NCBI GenBank assembly: GCA_046483125.1
Contig: JAWODU010000119.1
Location: 1,584-65,583, forward strand
Length of the DNA: 64,000 nucleotides
From: Kiritimatiellia bacterium
GTDB lineage: Bacteria; Verrucomicrobiota; Kiritimatiellia; UBA8416; JAWODU01
Direction of reading: 5' to 3'
The notes beneath the pieces are model-generated. The model was given only the letters and a program-made list of their open reading frames with translations, did not search any database and had not been told where the DNA came from. Made by a program: the position numbers and the translations under genes. Positions within the stretch are counted from its first letter, which is position 1. Each line of letters starts with the position of its first letter. This document shows positions 48,992-58,252 of this stretch, piece after piece.

Positions 48992-49693
48992 CTATGATTT
49001 CTTCCGGAATTTCTTCCGGAATGGAACCGCCAGGGAGACAAACGCGAAGGCCAGCGTAGCGCACGTGCCGGGCTCGGGAATTTCCACCGTGTAGTCGTCG
49101 AGACCGTAGTGCTCGTCCTCGGTCCCGCGCCACGTAAGCAGGATACCGATCTCATCCACGTCGGCGAGGTCGTCGTAGTAGGAAGCCCCCGCGTCCTCAC
49201 TGTACCACCCGCCGCCCCCGCGGACATCCGCTGAATAGTACTTCCAGCCCGATGATTGCTGAACCGTCAGATCGTAAAACCATGCGTAATCGCCTCCGGC
49301 GTTGCGGTCGCTCCAGAAATACAGCGAAAGCGCCGAGGGCCAGTCCGTGTTGTTCGCCGCGTCCTGGTATAGACTAAAGCTTATCCGCCACGCGCCGCTG
49401 AAATCCTTATTTCCCGCAAGCCCGGCTGGACTGCCCGCGTCCGTGTAAATCAGGTCATCCCGCGGGCCGCCTGCCGAATTGTCCGCGTGCAGGCGCAACG
49501 CTCCGTCGCCGCCTATAGTCTCGTGACTCGGCGCGTCGCTGTATGAAGCGACTCCCGTGTCGGGTTTTGCCGCCCAACCCGCGGCGTTTCCGTCTTCCCA
49601 CGTTTCCTTTATCAAAACCGCCGCACCGGCGCTGTAAACACAGGCCGCCAGAAGCAGAACTGCTCCCGCCGCGGCGATGTAAATTCTTTTCAT
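48992..49693 (-). CDS. PEP-CTERM-anchored secreted protein
   Basis: Signal peptide. C-terminus IPEPGTCATLAFAFVSLAVPFRKKFRKKS is a PEP motif plus TM plus basic tail. Confidence 0.7.
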   Translation of the reverse strand: MKRIYIAAAGAVLLLAACVYSAGAAVLIKETWEDGNAAGWAAKPDTGVASYSDAPSHETIGGDGALRLHADNSAGGPRDDLIYTDAGSPAGLAGNKDFSGAWRISFSLYQDAANNTDWPSALSLYFWSDRNAGGDYAWFYDLTVQQSSGWKYYSADVRGGGGWYSEDAGASYYDDLADVDEIGILLTWRGTEDEHYGLDDYTVEIPEPGTCATLAFAFVSLAVPFRKKFRKKS

Positions 49694-49710
49694 TTATCTC
49701 CCCCTGCCGT

Positions 49711-50703
49711 TCAGGGCTTTGCTTTCACTTTGTAATAAAACGGACCCGATCCGGTTGCCGTAACATCCGTATAACTCATGTAACCGGTCTGGACGGCCTC
49801 AAGATCTTTCGCGTCCTGCAGTAATTCAAATTCCGAGAACAGGTTGCCCGACCGGAACACGTTGTACCTGTATCCCGCCACGCACGGCCACCTGATCGTG
49901 ATCCCGTCGTCCGTCACCTCGACAACCTGGGCCGCGAACAACGATTTCATATGATTCTCGTCGTATTCAAGCAGAATTTCCAGATAATCCGGCATGCCGT
50001 CGCCGTCCGAATCTTCCGCCTTCTGTTTCTCGGACAACGCCTCCACGCTTGTAACGCCGAACCTGTTTTTCAGCAACTGTTCCACCATCGTAAACGTGGC
50101 CGCGGTGTAGTCGAAGCTTCCCGCCCCCGCCAGTCTGAAGTTGTCCACCGAGTACGACTGTTCGGCCGTGCCGCGCTGGGCGAAACGCAGGCTGATTGAT
50201 TTAACAAACTGCAGATCGTCCTGCCAGATTGCGTCCGTGTTGATATCGCCCACGCCGATCCACCCCGCGGATCGGTCCAGGGATATGCCGTTTTGCGTCC
50301 ATATTTCCGCTTCAGCCGATACCTGAATGCGCTTGTTGTACCACTTATGGCCGTTCGACGTTTTGATATACAGAATGGCGTTCTGCGGCAGTTCCCCCGT
50401 TCCCATAACGTCGAACATCACGCCCGCGGCCCCGGCCGAATCGTAATCGCCGGCAAAAGCGCCGTCGGACACGCCGGGATCGGCCAGAAGAGTACCCGCC
50501 GAATAGGTCGGCATATATTCCGTGTATTTCTCGGGGAAATCCACGCTCGTGTAACCCTCGGAAGCCGTTGAAAACCGGGCTCCGCCTTCGGCGTCGGTCA
50601 ACACCCAGTCCTGCGCTTCAACGTCAAGACTTGCCGCGCCCGCGGCGCAGACACAGGCAATTGCCGCCGTCAACGCCGCAATATATTTTACTCCATACTT
50701 CAT
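49711..50703 (-). CDS. Hypothetical secreted protein
   Basis: Signal peptide MKYGVKYIAALTAAIACVCAAGAAS. No family recognised. Confidence 0.45.
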   Translation of the reverse strand: MKYGVKYIAALTAAIACVCAAGAASLDVEAQDWVLTDAEGGARFSTASEGYTSVDFPEKYTEYMPTYSAGTLLADPGVSDGAFAGDYDSAGAAGVMFDVMGTGELPQNAILYIKTSNGHKWYNKRIQVSAEAEIWTQNGISLDRSAGWIGVGDINTDAIWQDDLQFVKSISLRFAQRGTAEQSYSVDNFRLAGAGSFDYTAATFTMVEQLLKNRFGVTSVEALSEKQKAEDSDGDGMPDYLEILLEYDENHMKSLFAAQVVEVTDDGITIRWPCVAGYRYNVFRSGNLFSEFELLQDAKDLEAVQTGYMSYTDVTATGSGPFYYKVKAKP

Positions 50704-50708
50704 GATTT

Positions 50709-51992
50709 CTACTTTGCGTTTTGTACGGCCCAGGTTTCCGTGCCCCCCGACAGGTTCCGATACCAGAACCCCTGGTAGGGTTTTATTTCATAAGAGGAAC
50801 TGCTTGCGCCGTCATACCATGTTCCGCTACTGCTTCGGAGCCGGGTATAAAGGGTGTCGTCCAGCAGGTAAATCTTGTCCCCGTCATTCGCGCCGCTGAA
50901 CCCCCAGCTCGTTCCGCTGTTGACCTGCTTCGTCGTCAGGTAAGGCCACGCGACAAGATTCCAGCCGTTGCCCAGTGAAACATCGGAAAGCGAAGGTTCT
51001 ACGGAATTCGGGTAGAAAGCAACAATGGCCGTACTGGTGGAGTTCGTACGTCTCAGCCAGAAACCCTGGGTCGGGCCGATCACAAGGTTCTGGTCCCCTT
51101 CGGAGTAGTCCCAGCTTCCGCCGCTCAGCGTATAAATATTCCAGCCGCCGGTCCCGCCGTTGTTGGTATAGACTCGAACCTGGTCGTTGTCGTCCAGCCC
51201 CTGCTTGAGATCGGTTCCCAATGTACTGTCCATCTGGGCCTGGTCACTGGTGTAGGCCCTCGGCGGCCGGCCCGAAAGGGTCCATGCGTTGTACGATCTT
51301 TCAGCCGTGTACACATTCGTCAGGCTCACCCCGCAGGCGTCACTGCCCACGGCAAGGGCGAAGCCGTCCACGTAAGCGTTATTGGACACGGATATAAACT
51401 CAAATTCGTTTGTCCAGACCGCGTTCGTATGGAAGCCCATGGAGGCGGCATTGGCCCTCGACATGATAGTCTCGTATCCGTCCGTGCTGTAATAAAGATC
51501 CCATTGGCCCGCCCGGTAATCCACATGAATCCCGAACCCCAGCCACGAATTGGTCGGCAGACCCGTCACCAGGTTGCTCCAGCCGTTCGAAGCGCCCATG
51601 TCTATATAAGCTCGAAGCACCCCGGCCGTGCTCAGGTAAAAGGCCCCGGTGTCGTTTGAAGAAACGTTCGGCTCACTGCTGGCGGCGTTGGGCTTCACGT
51701 AAAAGCGGACCCACACGTTGGTATAGTCATTGGCGTTGGTGTCCGCGTTCAGAGCCAAAGCAGACTTGTTCGTGATGTAACACCCGTATGTTCCCGCCAT
51801 TTTGTATGAAGTCTGTATAACGGGATTACTGCCCGACAGGGTCCACTTCCCCCACGCGGACATTTCTCCCGCGCTGTTGGTCTCGAACCCGTCGGCGTAG
51901 GGCAAATCCACCCCGAACCCGAAGGATATGGCGGGCACGGCCAGCAGGGCTATGCAGGCCAACACGGCAAATTGTACATACATCTGCTTCAT
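50709..51992 (-). CDS. Hypothetical secreted protein (Gly/Ser/Thr/Asn-rich, lectin/LamG-like composition)
   Basis: Signal peptide MKQMYVQFAVLACIALLAVPAIS. Start chosen at M14 of the ORF 50709..52031. Confidence 0.45.
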   Translation of the reverse strand: MKQMYVQFAVLACIALLAVPAISFGFGVDLPYADGFETNSAGEMSAWGKWTLSGSNPVIQTSYKMAGTYGCYITNKSALALNADTNANDYTNVWVRFYVKPNAASSEPNVSSNDTGAFYLSTAGVLRAYIDMGASNGWSNLVTGLPTNSWLGFGIHVDYRAGQWDLYYSTDGYETIMSRANAASMGFHTNAVWTNEFEFISVSNNAYVDGFALAVGSDACGVSLTNVYTAERSYNAWTLSGRPPRAYTSDQAQMDSTLGTDLKQGLDDNDQVRVYTNNGGTGGWNIYTLSGGSWDYSEGDQNLVIGPTQGFWLRRTNSTSTAIVAFYPNSVEPSLSDVSLGNGWNLVAWPYLTTKQVNSGTSWGFSGANDGDKIYLLDDTLYTRLRSSSGTWYDGASSSSYEIKPYQGFWYRNLSGGTETWAVQNAK

Positions 51993-52066
51993 TGTTGCCC
52001 TAATTATCCCAATTTGGACCACCGGAGTCAATAAAAAAACAGAATTTCTCGTTTTGGCTTCCGCCC

Positions 52067-52200
52067 CTGCCGCCTTGCCTGTCCACCGTAGTCCGGCGGG
52101 CGCGGCAGGAGCGGAAGATTGGGGGAAAACGCCGGCGTTTTCCCCTTATTTCCTTCACGCCTTCGTCCGTCATCTGACGGACTACGGCGGGCGGGGCAAG
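52067..52200. repeat. Inverted pair of the GACGGACTACGGCGG(R)CAGGCAAGG motif (third copy at 38958..39000)
   Basis: 52067..52100 is the reverse complement of 52166..52196. A copy sharing about 35 of 40 nt lies in the pyrC/FHA divergent spacer. Confidence 0.65.
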
Positions 52201-52206
52201 GTCAGA

Positions 52207-53580
52207 TCAGCCTCCTCGCACAAACCGGTCATTTTCCCATACCCCCTCAACCCGTCTCCCGTCGGAAAATATCCACACCCCGCGCCCGTGTTTTTTTCCG
52301 CTTCGGAATTCCCCCCTGTATTCCTCTCCCCCGGGATAAATGTAACGGCCTTTCTGCCCGTGTCTCCTGCCGTCCCTGAAGGGGCCTATGTATTTAGCCC
52401 CGTCGGCGTAGGTGTAGATACCCGGACCTTCCCGCACGCCGTTTACGAATTTTCCTTTATACACGTCGCCGTTCGTAAAACAGAACACTCCCTGTCCGTG
52501 TTTCACTCCGTTTTTGAAATCCCCTTCGTACTTACTGCCGTCCCTGTAAACCATCGTTCCCTTACCGCTCATTACGCCGTCCCTGAATTCACCCGTGTAT
52601 CTGTTCCCGTTGTGAAACGTCATTGTCCCTCTGCCGTGTTTCACGTCGTCCCTGAACCCGCCCACGTAGCGGTCCCCGTTATGATGAATGAACACGCCAT
52701 GCCCGTGTTTCATATCGTTCCTGAATTCGCCTTCGTAACGGTCCCCGTTCCTGTAATAGTAAACGCCGCGCCCGTGAAACAGACCGTCCTTGAACTGCCC
52801 CTCGTAGCGGTCCCCGTTCGGCAATTCGACTACCGATATTTCAGAAGGCGATATTTCTTCAGTTGTCACGTCCCCGCCGGTTTCAGGCGGCGGTTCCGGA
52901 ACGGATTCCGCGTAAGCGCCGGATGCCGCTTCAGGTTCATCCTTTATTGCGAAGGGAGCCGAGGTTTCCGTCGCAAATTCTTCCGTCCCCGCGCCGGTAA
53001 ACGTCTCTGTTTCTGCATGCTTCAGCAGATTCGAATACTGCGTTTTCAGCTCCCGGATCTGCTGTTTGCCCTGCAGTAATTCTTCTTCCGCCTTCTCAAG
53101 ACGGAGCCGGAGCCTCGTGACAGTCTCGTCGCCGCCGTTATCCGGTTCGACGCGCGAAGCAACCCATCGGCTGAACCTCTTCAGGTCGCGCTTCAGCACT
53201 ACACTTTCTCTTTCATGCTCGGTCACGGTATCATCAAGACTGGCTTTTAATTCCGCTTCCGTCTCCCGCAGGTTGTTCACTTCGCCGCCCAGGTCCACCA
53301 TGTCCGCGGCGTAGCGGGCGGTCTGGGCGCTTATTTCATTCACGCCTTCCATGGCTTTTCTGGATCTGCGCAGGACCGTGATGCCGACCGAGCTGAAGAC
53401 AACCAGCATGCCTGCCACGATAAGCAGAAACGTCGTTCCCAGCCACGCGACGATTCGCCTGGTCCGGTTGCGTTCCGTTTCAACGAAACGCTGAACCACG
53501 GCCATCGTCGCCACCGGGTCCAGCACCCGGGGCAGTGAATCGCCGCCGGGGCCGTGGACTTCGTACTGTTCCGTTTCCAT
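52207..53580 (-). CDS. MORN-repeat membrane protein (TM + coiled coil + about 8 MORN repeats)
   Basis: Repeats YEGQFKDGLFHGRG / YEGEFRNDMKHGHG / YVGGFRDDVKHGRG and so on. N-terminal TM WLGTTFLLIVAGMLVVF. Confidence 0.7.
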   Translation of the reverse strand: METEQYEVHGPGGDSLPRVLDPVATMAVVQRFVETERNRTRRIVAWLGTTFLLIVAGMLVVFSSVGITVLRRSRKAMEGVNEISAQTARYAADMVDLGGEVNNLRETEAELKASLDDTVTEHERESVVLKRDLKRFSRWVASRVEPDNGGDETVTRLRLRLEKAEEELLQGKQQIRELKTQYSNLLKHAETETFTGAGTEEFATETSAPFAIKDEPEAASGAYAESVPEPPPETGGDVTTEEISPSEISVVELPNGDRYEGQFKDGLFHGRGVYYYRNGDRYEGEFRNDMKHGHGVFIHHNGDRYVGGFRDDVKHGRGTMTFHNGNRYTGEFRDGVMSGKGTMVYRDGSKYEGDFKNGVKHGQGVFCFTNGDVYKGKFVNGVREGPGIYTYADGAKYIGPFRDGRRHGQKGRYIYPGGEEYRGEFRSGKKHGRGVWIFSDGRRVEGVWENDRFVRGG

Positions 53581-53593
53581 GTTAAGTATTTTC

Positions 53594-53628
53594 CCGACCT
53601 TCGGCGAACAGGGGTTCGCCTCCTACAG
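53594..53628. repeat. REP-like element CCTTCGGCGAACAGGGGTTCGCC + TCCTACAG (Family D; second copy at 62010..62046)
   Basis: Seen directly. Shares the TCCTRCA tail with Family C. Confidence 0.75.
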
Positions 53629-53686
53629 TTTCTTCCCGGCCTTTCCGCCCTTCCTGTGAATCTCTCTCCCCGTCGGTCATCCCTTC

Positions 53687-54256
53687 TTACTCGCCCGCTT
53701 TTTCCCCTTCCGGAACTCTGACCAGTTTTGTCACCAGCATGGAGCCCTTGCGGGACTCCGGACCTTCCCCGCCGGGAGACAGCGTAAGGTTCTGGACGGT
53801 AAGCAAACCGGGTCTTGTACGCACCGTGTAGAGAAACCTCAGCAGTTGATCCATCCCGGCGCCGAATCTGCCGATTTCCACCAGGCACTCTTCGCACCAT
53901 CCCATCTCCCGCGGTTCTCTGGGCAGAGTGGAATCAAGACGCAGACCGGTTTCCCTTGCCATCATATCGATTTCCATGTTCAGCCCGTCAATGGCTTCGG
54001 CGCTTGACGGCGCCTTTTCGATTCTATCGCTGATCCGGAGAAAACGCGCGTGTGCAACCCCCTTGCGGCTCAAAGCGCTTTTACGATAATCGAAAAGGTT
54101 CTCTTCCTTTTCAATATCCATGCTCAGTTCCCGGAATGTCCCGGTTATTGTCTGTATCACCAGCCGGTCCATGAAAACCCAGAAAACACAGGCTACAGCT
54201 ATGATCAGGCCGATTTTTTCCCGCTGTTTGAGTTTGTCGAGCTTGTCGAGGATCAT
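53687..54256 (-). CDS. gspM: Type II secretion system protein M-like (GspM/PilO-like)
   Basis: Single N-terminal TM, about 190 aa, lying directly downstream of the gspL-like gene. Confidence 0.5.
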   Translation of the reverse strand: MILDKLDKLKQREKIGLIIAVACVFWVFMDRLVIQTITGTFRELSMDIEKEENLFDYRKSALSRKGVAHARFLRISDRIEKAPSSAEAIDGLNMEIDMMARETGLRLDSTLPREPREMGWCEECLVEIGRFGAGMDQLLRFLYTVRTRPGLLTVQNLTLSPGGEGPESRKGSMLVTKLVRVPEGEKAGE

Positions 54257-55716
54257 TCTTCTTTCTCCAGTTCACACACAACCGTGAACTTGTACTTCCT
54301 GGTCCGCGAATCTCTGTTTATCCTGTCGGCTTTGACGTTTTCAAAAAGGGGTGAATTTTCCAGGTTCTGCACAAAACCGCTGATTTCCCCCCGCGAGTCC
54401 GAACTGCCTTCAAACCGCGCCCTCCCGCCTTCACGGGCGATGCCCATGTTCTGAAACATCACACCGCTCTTTTCCGGAACCGAATGATGGATTTCATTCA
54501 GCAGATTCACCATTGAGCGTTTCAGATCCGCTCGTTTTGCCCCTGTATTCGCTATCCGGGTCCACATTTCAATTTTCTTCACCTCCGGGGCAATGCGCTC
54601 GGACTCGGCTCTGACGGCATCCAGCCGGCTCTCCATCGTGCTGAACTTTGTCGTCGCGTAAAGTGATCCCGATACCATCACCGCCATTATCATCGCGGCC
54701 AGCGCGGTAAGGTTTCTCGCTTTCCCGGTAAGCTTTTTTCTCAACAGGACCGACTCGGGAACAAGATTCAATTCGAGGCCGTCCTGTGCCAGCGCCATCC
54801 CGGCCAGCGATACCAGCGATACCGCGCTTATTTTCTTCTCCATGCCCGCCGGAGGCCTGACTTTCCCGCCAAGGGCGTCGGTGCAATCACGCGTTTCCAC
54901 CGGCAGATCCGTTTCGGTGTTCAAAGCATTATGGAGATCTTTAACATGCGGTCCCGCGCCGGTGATAATTATTCGCTCCGGGGCGGGCGAGTCCGATTCC
55001 CCGCGGTAAGCTTCAAGCAGGCGCTTGGCCTCCCTGCAGTATTTCTGCGTTGCCGCCGCGTCTCCCCCGGCCAGTTCCTCCGCCCCGGTAAGTATGCTCT
55101 GCGTAAACAGAAGCTGATCGCCGGCGATAACGCAGAAATCAGTGTAATACGAGTCAATATCCAGCACCACCGAAGTCTTTCCGGATTTTCCTTCCGAAAA
55201 AGCGTGCCCGTACCAGTTCAGCAGTCCTTCAGTGCTCACCGACATGACCGCTTCTTCGACTCCCGCCGCTTCCAGAACGCTGAACCTCTGCCTCAGGATA
55301 CTGCGCTGGGCTATTGCCAGCATAATCCTGCTGTAACCTTCCCGTCCCGACGATCCGATTCTGTAATCGTAAACGATTTCGTCCTTCGAATACGGAGTCT
55401 GCCTGCCAACCTGCAGATCCAGCATATCTTCCAGTTCGGCCTGATCGGTCGAAGGCATTTCAAGCATCCTCACGTTCACCATCTGCCTTGGAATACATGC
55501 GGCTACCGGCGCCTTCGACGAACCCGCAGTCTTCATTGCCGCCGACAGCGCTTTCTGGAGTGATTGCGCCGAACCATCCACCTCGGCGATATAGAGACCC
55601 GAAAGCGCCGCGCCGCGCCGTGAAGGCCGCGCCAGCGCCGCCTTTACCCACCGCGAGCCCAGCTCAACTACAATAAAGGGCTTTCCCGACCGTGATTTGG
55701 ATTTCTTCTGCGCCAT
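54253..55716 (-). CDS. gspL: Type II secretion system protein L-like (PilM-like actin-fold cytoplasmic domain + TM + PilN-like periplasmic domain)
   Basis: Domain order and TM at LTALAAMIMAVMVSGSLY. ATGA overlap with the gspM-like gene. Confidence 0.6.
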   Translation of the reverse strand: MAQKKSKSRSGKPFIVVELGSRWVKAALARPSRRGAALSGLYIAEVDGSAQSLQKALSAAMKTAGSSKAPVAACIPRQMVNVRMLEMPSTDQAELEDMLDLQVGRQTPYSKDEIVYDYRIGSSGREGYSRIMLAIAQRSILRQRFSVLEAAGVEEAVMSVSTEGLLNWYGHAFSEGKSGKTSVVLDIDSYYTDFCVIAGDQLLFTQSILTGAEELAGGDAAATQKYCREAKRLLEAYRGESDSPAPERIIITGAGPHVKDLHNALNTETDLPVETRDCTDALGGKVRPPAGMEKKISAVSLVSLAGMALAQDGLELNLVPESVLLRKKLTGKARNLTALAAMIMAVMVSGSLYATTKFSTMESRLDAVRAESERIAPEVKKIEMWTRIANTGAKRADLKRSMVNLLNEIHHSVPEKSGVMFQNMGIAREGGRARFEGSSDSRGEISGFVQNLENSPLFENVKADRINRDSRTRKYKFTVVCELEKEE

Positions 55717-55747
55717 TAAGACCGACCTGCTCGTTCAAGGTTGTTTA

Positions 55748-55877
55748 CCTCATCCCTCATCCGTCATCTGTGGTTGCTCCCCTCTCCTCCCATCTTAATC
55801 CCCATCTTTATCTTAATCCTTATCTCCCCGTCTGAACTCCGTCGTCCGTCATCCGTCGTCCGCCCTCCGTCGTCCGA
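55748..55877. repeat. Composite intergenic repeat: B-like (CCTCATCCGTCATCTG), then A (CATCTTAATCCCCATCTTTATCTTAATCC), then B (CCGTCGTCCGTCATCCGTCGTCCG..)
   Basis: Seen directly, in the gspK/gspL spacer. Confidence 0.85.
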
Positions 55878-55881
55878 CAGA

Positions 55882-56919
55882 CTACCGTTCCCGCCAGTCC
55901 AGAACCGTATCATTTTCCCGGTCGAACACAAAGGCTATCCGGTAACCGGCCTGTATTTCCCCTGAACCCTTGCCTCCTGCCCGCTCTACCCACCCTGTGC
56001 TTGTGCCGCGAAAACACGAAGAACGGATCTCTGCGTCGGCCATCATGGCCGCCAAAACACCTCTCTCCTCCGGTTCAAGCGGCTCAAATCCGTGCAGAGC
56101 CGCCATAACCGACGGGATACTCGGTTCGGTAAACTGCCCCCCGGCTTCCCGGAAATCAACTATACGCTCAACTACTGCAAGCGCAACGTCCGTTTCCCCG
56201 CGGCAATGCGAAACCGCCAGACATTCGAGCGCCTCCCTGCCGGCAGTGTTGATATTGATCTTCCCCCTACCGTACAGCGTAACGTGCGGTCCGATCCTTG
56301 CCGCAACTTCTTCGTTTATGCCCTTAATCAACAGCAATTCTTCGATACAGCCGATCGCGCCGTCACGACACTCGTAAGGCGGTCTCAGGTTCTGATAATA
56401 TTCGTTTTCCGCCCCGCCGGTCAAGACGTCTTGATTCCTGTCGCGCCAGTCCATCACGGCAGACGCCGTTTCCCCGGCCGTCAAAGGGTCGAGATCGCCG
56501 ACGCGTACCAGAAGAGCTTCCAGCAGGGGCCGGCCCGCGCTATTCAGGTTAATGCGGCTCTCCTCGTCGGAAAGACCGAAGCTTTCCTCACCGCCGGATA
56601 CCACCGAAAAGCCGCCCGCCCCGATACTCACTGACCAAAGCCCGTCCTCGATGTCCGAATTCCAGGCTTCTCCCGGTCCGTCCCATGCGTTGGTGTCCGT
56701 CATCAGGATAAAAAACGCTTGTTCCGCCCCGGCCGCGGCCAGGCATCGCGCCTTCGCGGAGTACCTGTTCCTTTCAGCCAGCGCCAGGTTCGCCGAAACA
56801 TACGCCCCAACGGCCACTGCCAGGGCCGCCAGAAAAAAAAGCACCCAGACAGCCAGGATCACGACGCTCGAAGACCGCCTTCCTGCGTCCCGGAATCCTG
56901 TCACACCGGCATTCTTCAT
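55882..56919 (-). CDS. gspK: Type II secretion system protein K
   Basis: N-terminal TM plus GspK-type periplasmic domain. 345 aa. Confidence 0.65.
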   Translation of the reverse strand: MKNAGVTGFRDAGRRSSSVVILAVWVLFFLAALAVAVGAYVSANLALAERNRYSAKARCLAAAGAEQAFFILMTDTNAWDGPGEAWNSDIEDGLWSVSIGAGGFSVVSGGEESFGLSDEESRINLNSAGRPLLEALLVRVGDLDPLTAGETASAVMDWRDRNQDVLTGGAENEYYQNLRPPYECRDGAIGCIEELLLIKGINEEVAARIGPHVTLYGRGKININTAGREALECLAVSHCRGETDVALAVVERIVDFREAGGQFTEPSIPSVMAALHGFEPLEPEERGVLAAMMADAEIRSSCFRGTSTGWVERAGGKGSGEIQAGYRIAFVFDRENDTVLDWRER

Positions 56920-57551
56920 CGTTTCTGAGAATCCACTGCCCCCCGGGCCCGCAGAACAACAGTTCTGCTGAAAGTCTTTCTCCCCCCTTCGCCCGAAAAC
57001 GATACCTCTATTCTCACCGCCGACGGCGGATTGGTCGGATTATGCCACTCCTCATGCCATACAGCGCCATCCGGACCCTCGACAAGCCCGTCGCTTTTGT
57101 CTTCCCGGGGCGCTTCCAGATAAAGAAACTTCACGCTTTCAGCCCCGTCAAAAAGGTTTTCTTCCCCCCTGCCCGGCGGCGGCTCGGCGCCCGGGAAGGG
57201 CCATGTTTTACGCATCAGGGCGCCGCGCCTGAAATCAAAACTGTATCTGACCGTTCCCATTCGCCCGACGCCCTCCGCCTCGCTTCCGTCCAGCCGGACA
57301 GGGAGCGAAAATTCGCTCCGTTCACCTTTGAAAGCAACGCCGTAAAAGTCGGGAACACCGGCCAGGTCTTTTGCCGTTATGCCCAGCCCCGGAATCACCT
57401 TTGACTCAACGGCGTGATGTTCGACGGCTTTTTCCCAGACCTTTATGCCTCCCGATACCGACGCTCCAATTACGCCGATCACCACCCCCAATATCAGGAC
57501 CGCGACAAGAAGTTCGATAAGGGTAAAACCTTTGCGGCTTACGGACGTCAT
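56916..57551 (-). CDS. Type II secretion minor pseudopilin (GspJ/GspH-like)
   Basis: Canonical prepilin leader MTSVSRKG|FTLIELLVAVLILGVVIG. ATGA overlaps both neighbours. Confidence 0.7.
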   Translation of the reverse strand: MTSVSRKGFTLIELLVAVLILGVVIGVIGASVSGGIKVWEKAVEHHAVESKVIPGLGITAKDLAGVPDFYGVAFKGERSEFSLPVRLDGSEAEGVGRMGTVRYSFDFRRGALMRKTWPFPGAEPPPGRGEENLFDGAESVKFLYLEAPREDKSDGLVEGPDGAVWHEEWHNPTNPPSAVRIEVSFSGEGGRKTFSRTVVLRARGAVDSQKR

Positions 57552-58252
57552 TTTTTCTCTTTTGTTCCCAAGTAAGTGCACAACGCAACACTGCGGTCGG
57601 AGCCTTCCTTCCACACCGTTACCTTAACCAGGTTCAGCTTCCTTTCGGTTATGCCTTCCTTTTCGTCGATTCCGCGTTCCACGCTTCCGATCTCCTCTGT
57701 TTCCACCTGCCAGTAGAAAAGAGGCTCTTTCTTTTCGAATATACCTCCGGAGGCCGTGACACCCAACTCTCCGTACTTTGCCGCCGACAGTTCTAACTCG
57801 GACATTTTTTCGCGTGCCAGCTCAGTGCACTTCACGGTTTCGGCCGAAGCCCCCATGGCCGACAGGCATGTGTTCATGGCCTGAAGAACAGCGGTGATCC
57901 CGACGGAAAGTATTACCACCGCAACCAGAACTTCTATGAGAGTGAAGGAAGAGTGCGATGTGCGGTGTGCGGTGTGCGATGTGCGATGTGGGTTGTGCGT
58001 TGTGCGATGTGGGTTGTGCGATGTGGGTTGCGGGTTTTGCGATGCGGCTTGCGGGTTCCGGGTTGCGGGATGGGAGATTCGCCGATCAGGGGATCGGCTC
58101 CTACAGTGGGAGGTGCATCGGGTGCTCGCCCCGGCGTAGTACCGCGCAAGCGGGACGAAGCCGGGCCGGGTGTCGGCCGCATCCCGAACCTGCCCCGGCG
58201 CAGTTCCGCGCAAGCGGGACGAAGCCGGGTTACTCCTCATCCGGGCGCACAT
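57548..58252 (-). CDS. GspI-like pseudopilin with anomalous ~100 aa N-terminal extension; the 5' extent is uncertain
   Basis: The mature part FTLIEVLVAVVILSVGITAVLQAM.. is GspI-like. No ATG/GTG/TTG lies in-frame between the repeat tract and FTLIE. The -1 residue is Ser, not Gly. The extension is composed of repeat elements. Confidence 0.5.
   Translation of the reverse strand: MCARMRSNPASSRLRGTAPGQVRDAADTRPGFVPLARYYAGASTRCTSHCRSRSPDRRISHPATRNPQAASQNPQPTSHNPHRTTHNPHRTSHTAHRTSHSSFTLIEVLVAVVILSVGITAVLQAMNTCLSAMGASAETVKCTELAREKMSELELSAAKYGELGVTASGGIFEKKEPLFYWQVETEEIGSVERGIDEKEGITERKLNLVKVTVWKEGSDRSVALCTYLGTKEKK
57952..58070. repeat. 17-unit imperfect heptanucleotide tandem repeat (GTGCGAT / GTGCGGT / GTGGGTT ...)
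   Basis: Seen directly. On the minus strand it encodes 7-aa repeats NPHRT(S/T)H. The adjacent Family C palindrome (58080..58105) and a 2x direct repeat CCGCGCAAGCGGGACGAAGCCGGG (58141..58164, 58205..58228) complete the extension. Coordinates +/-1. Confidence 0.85.
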
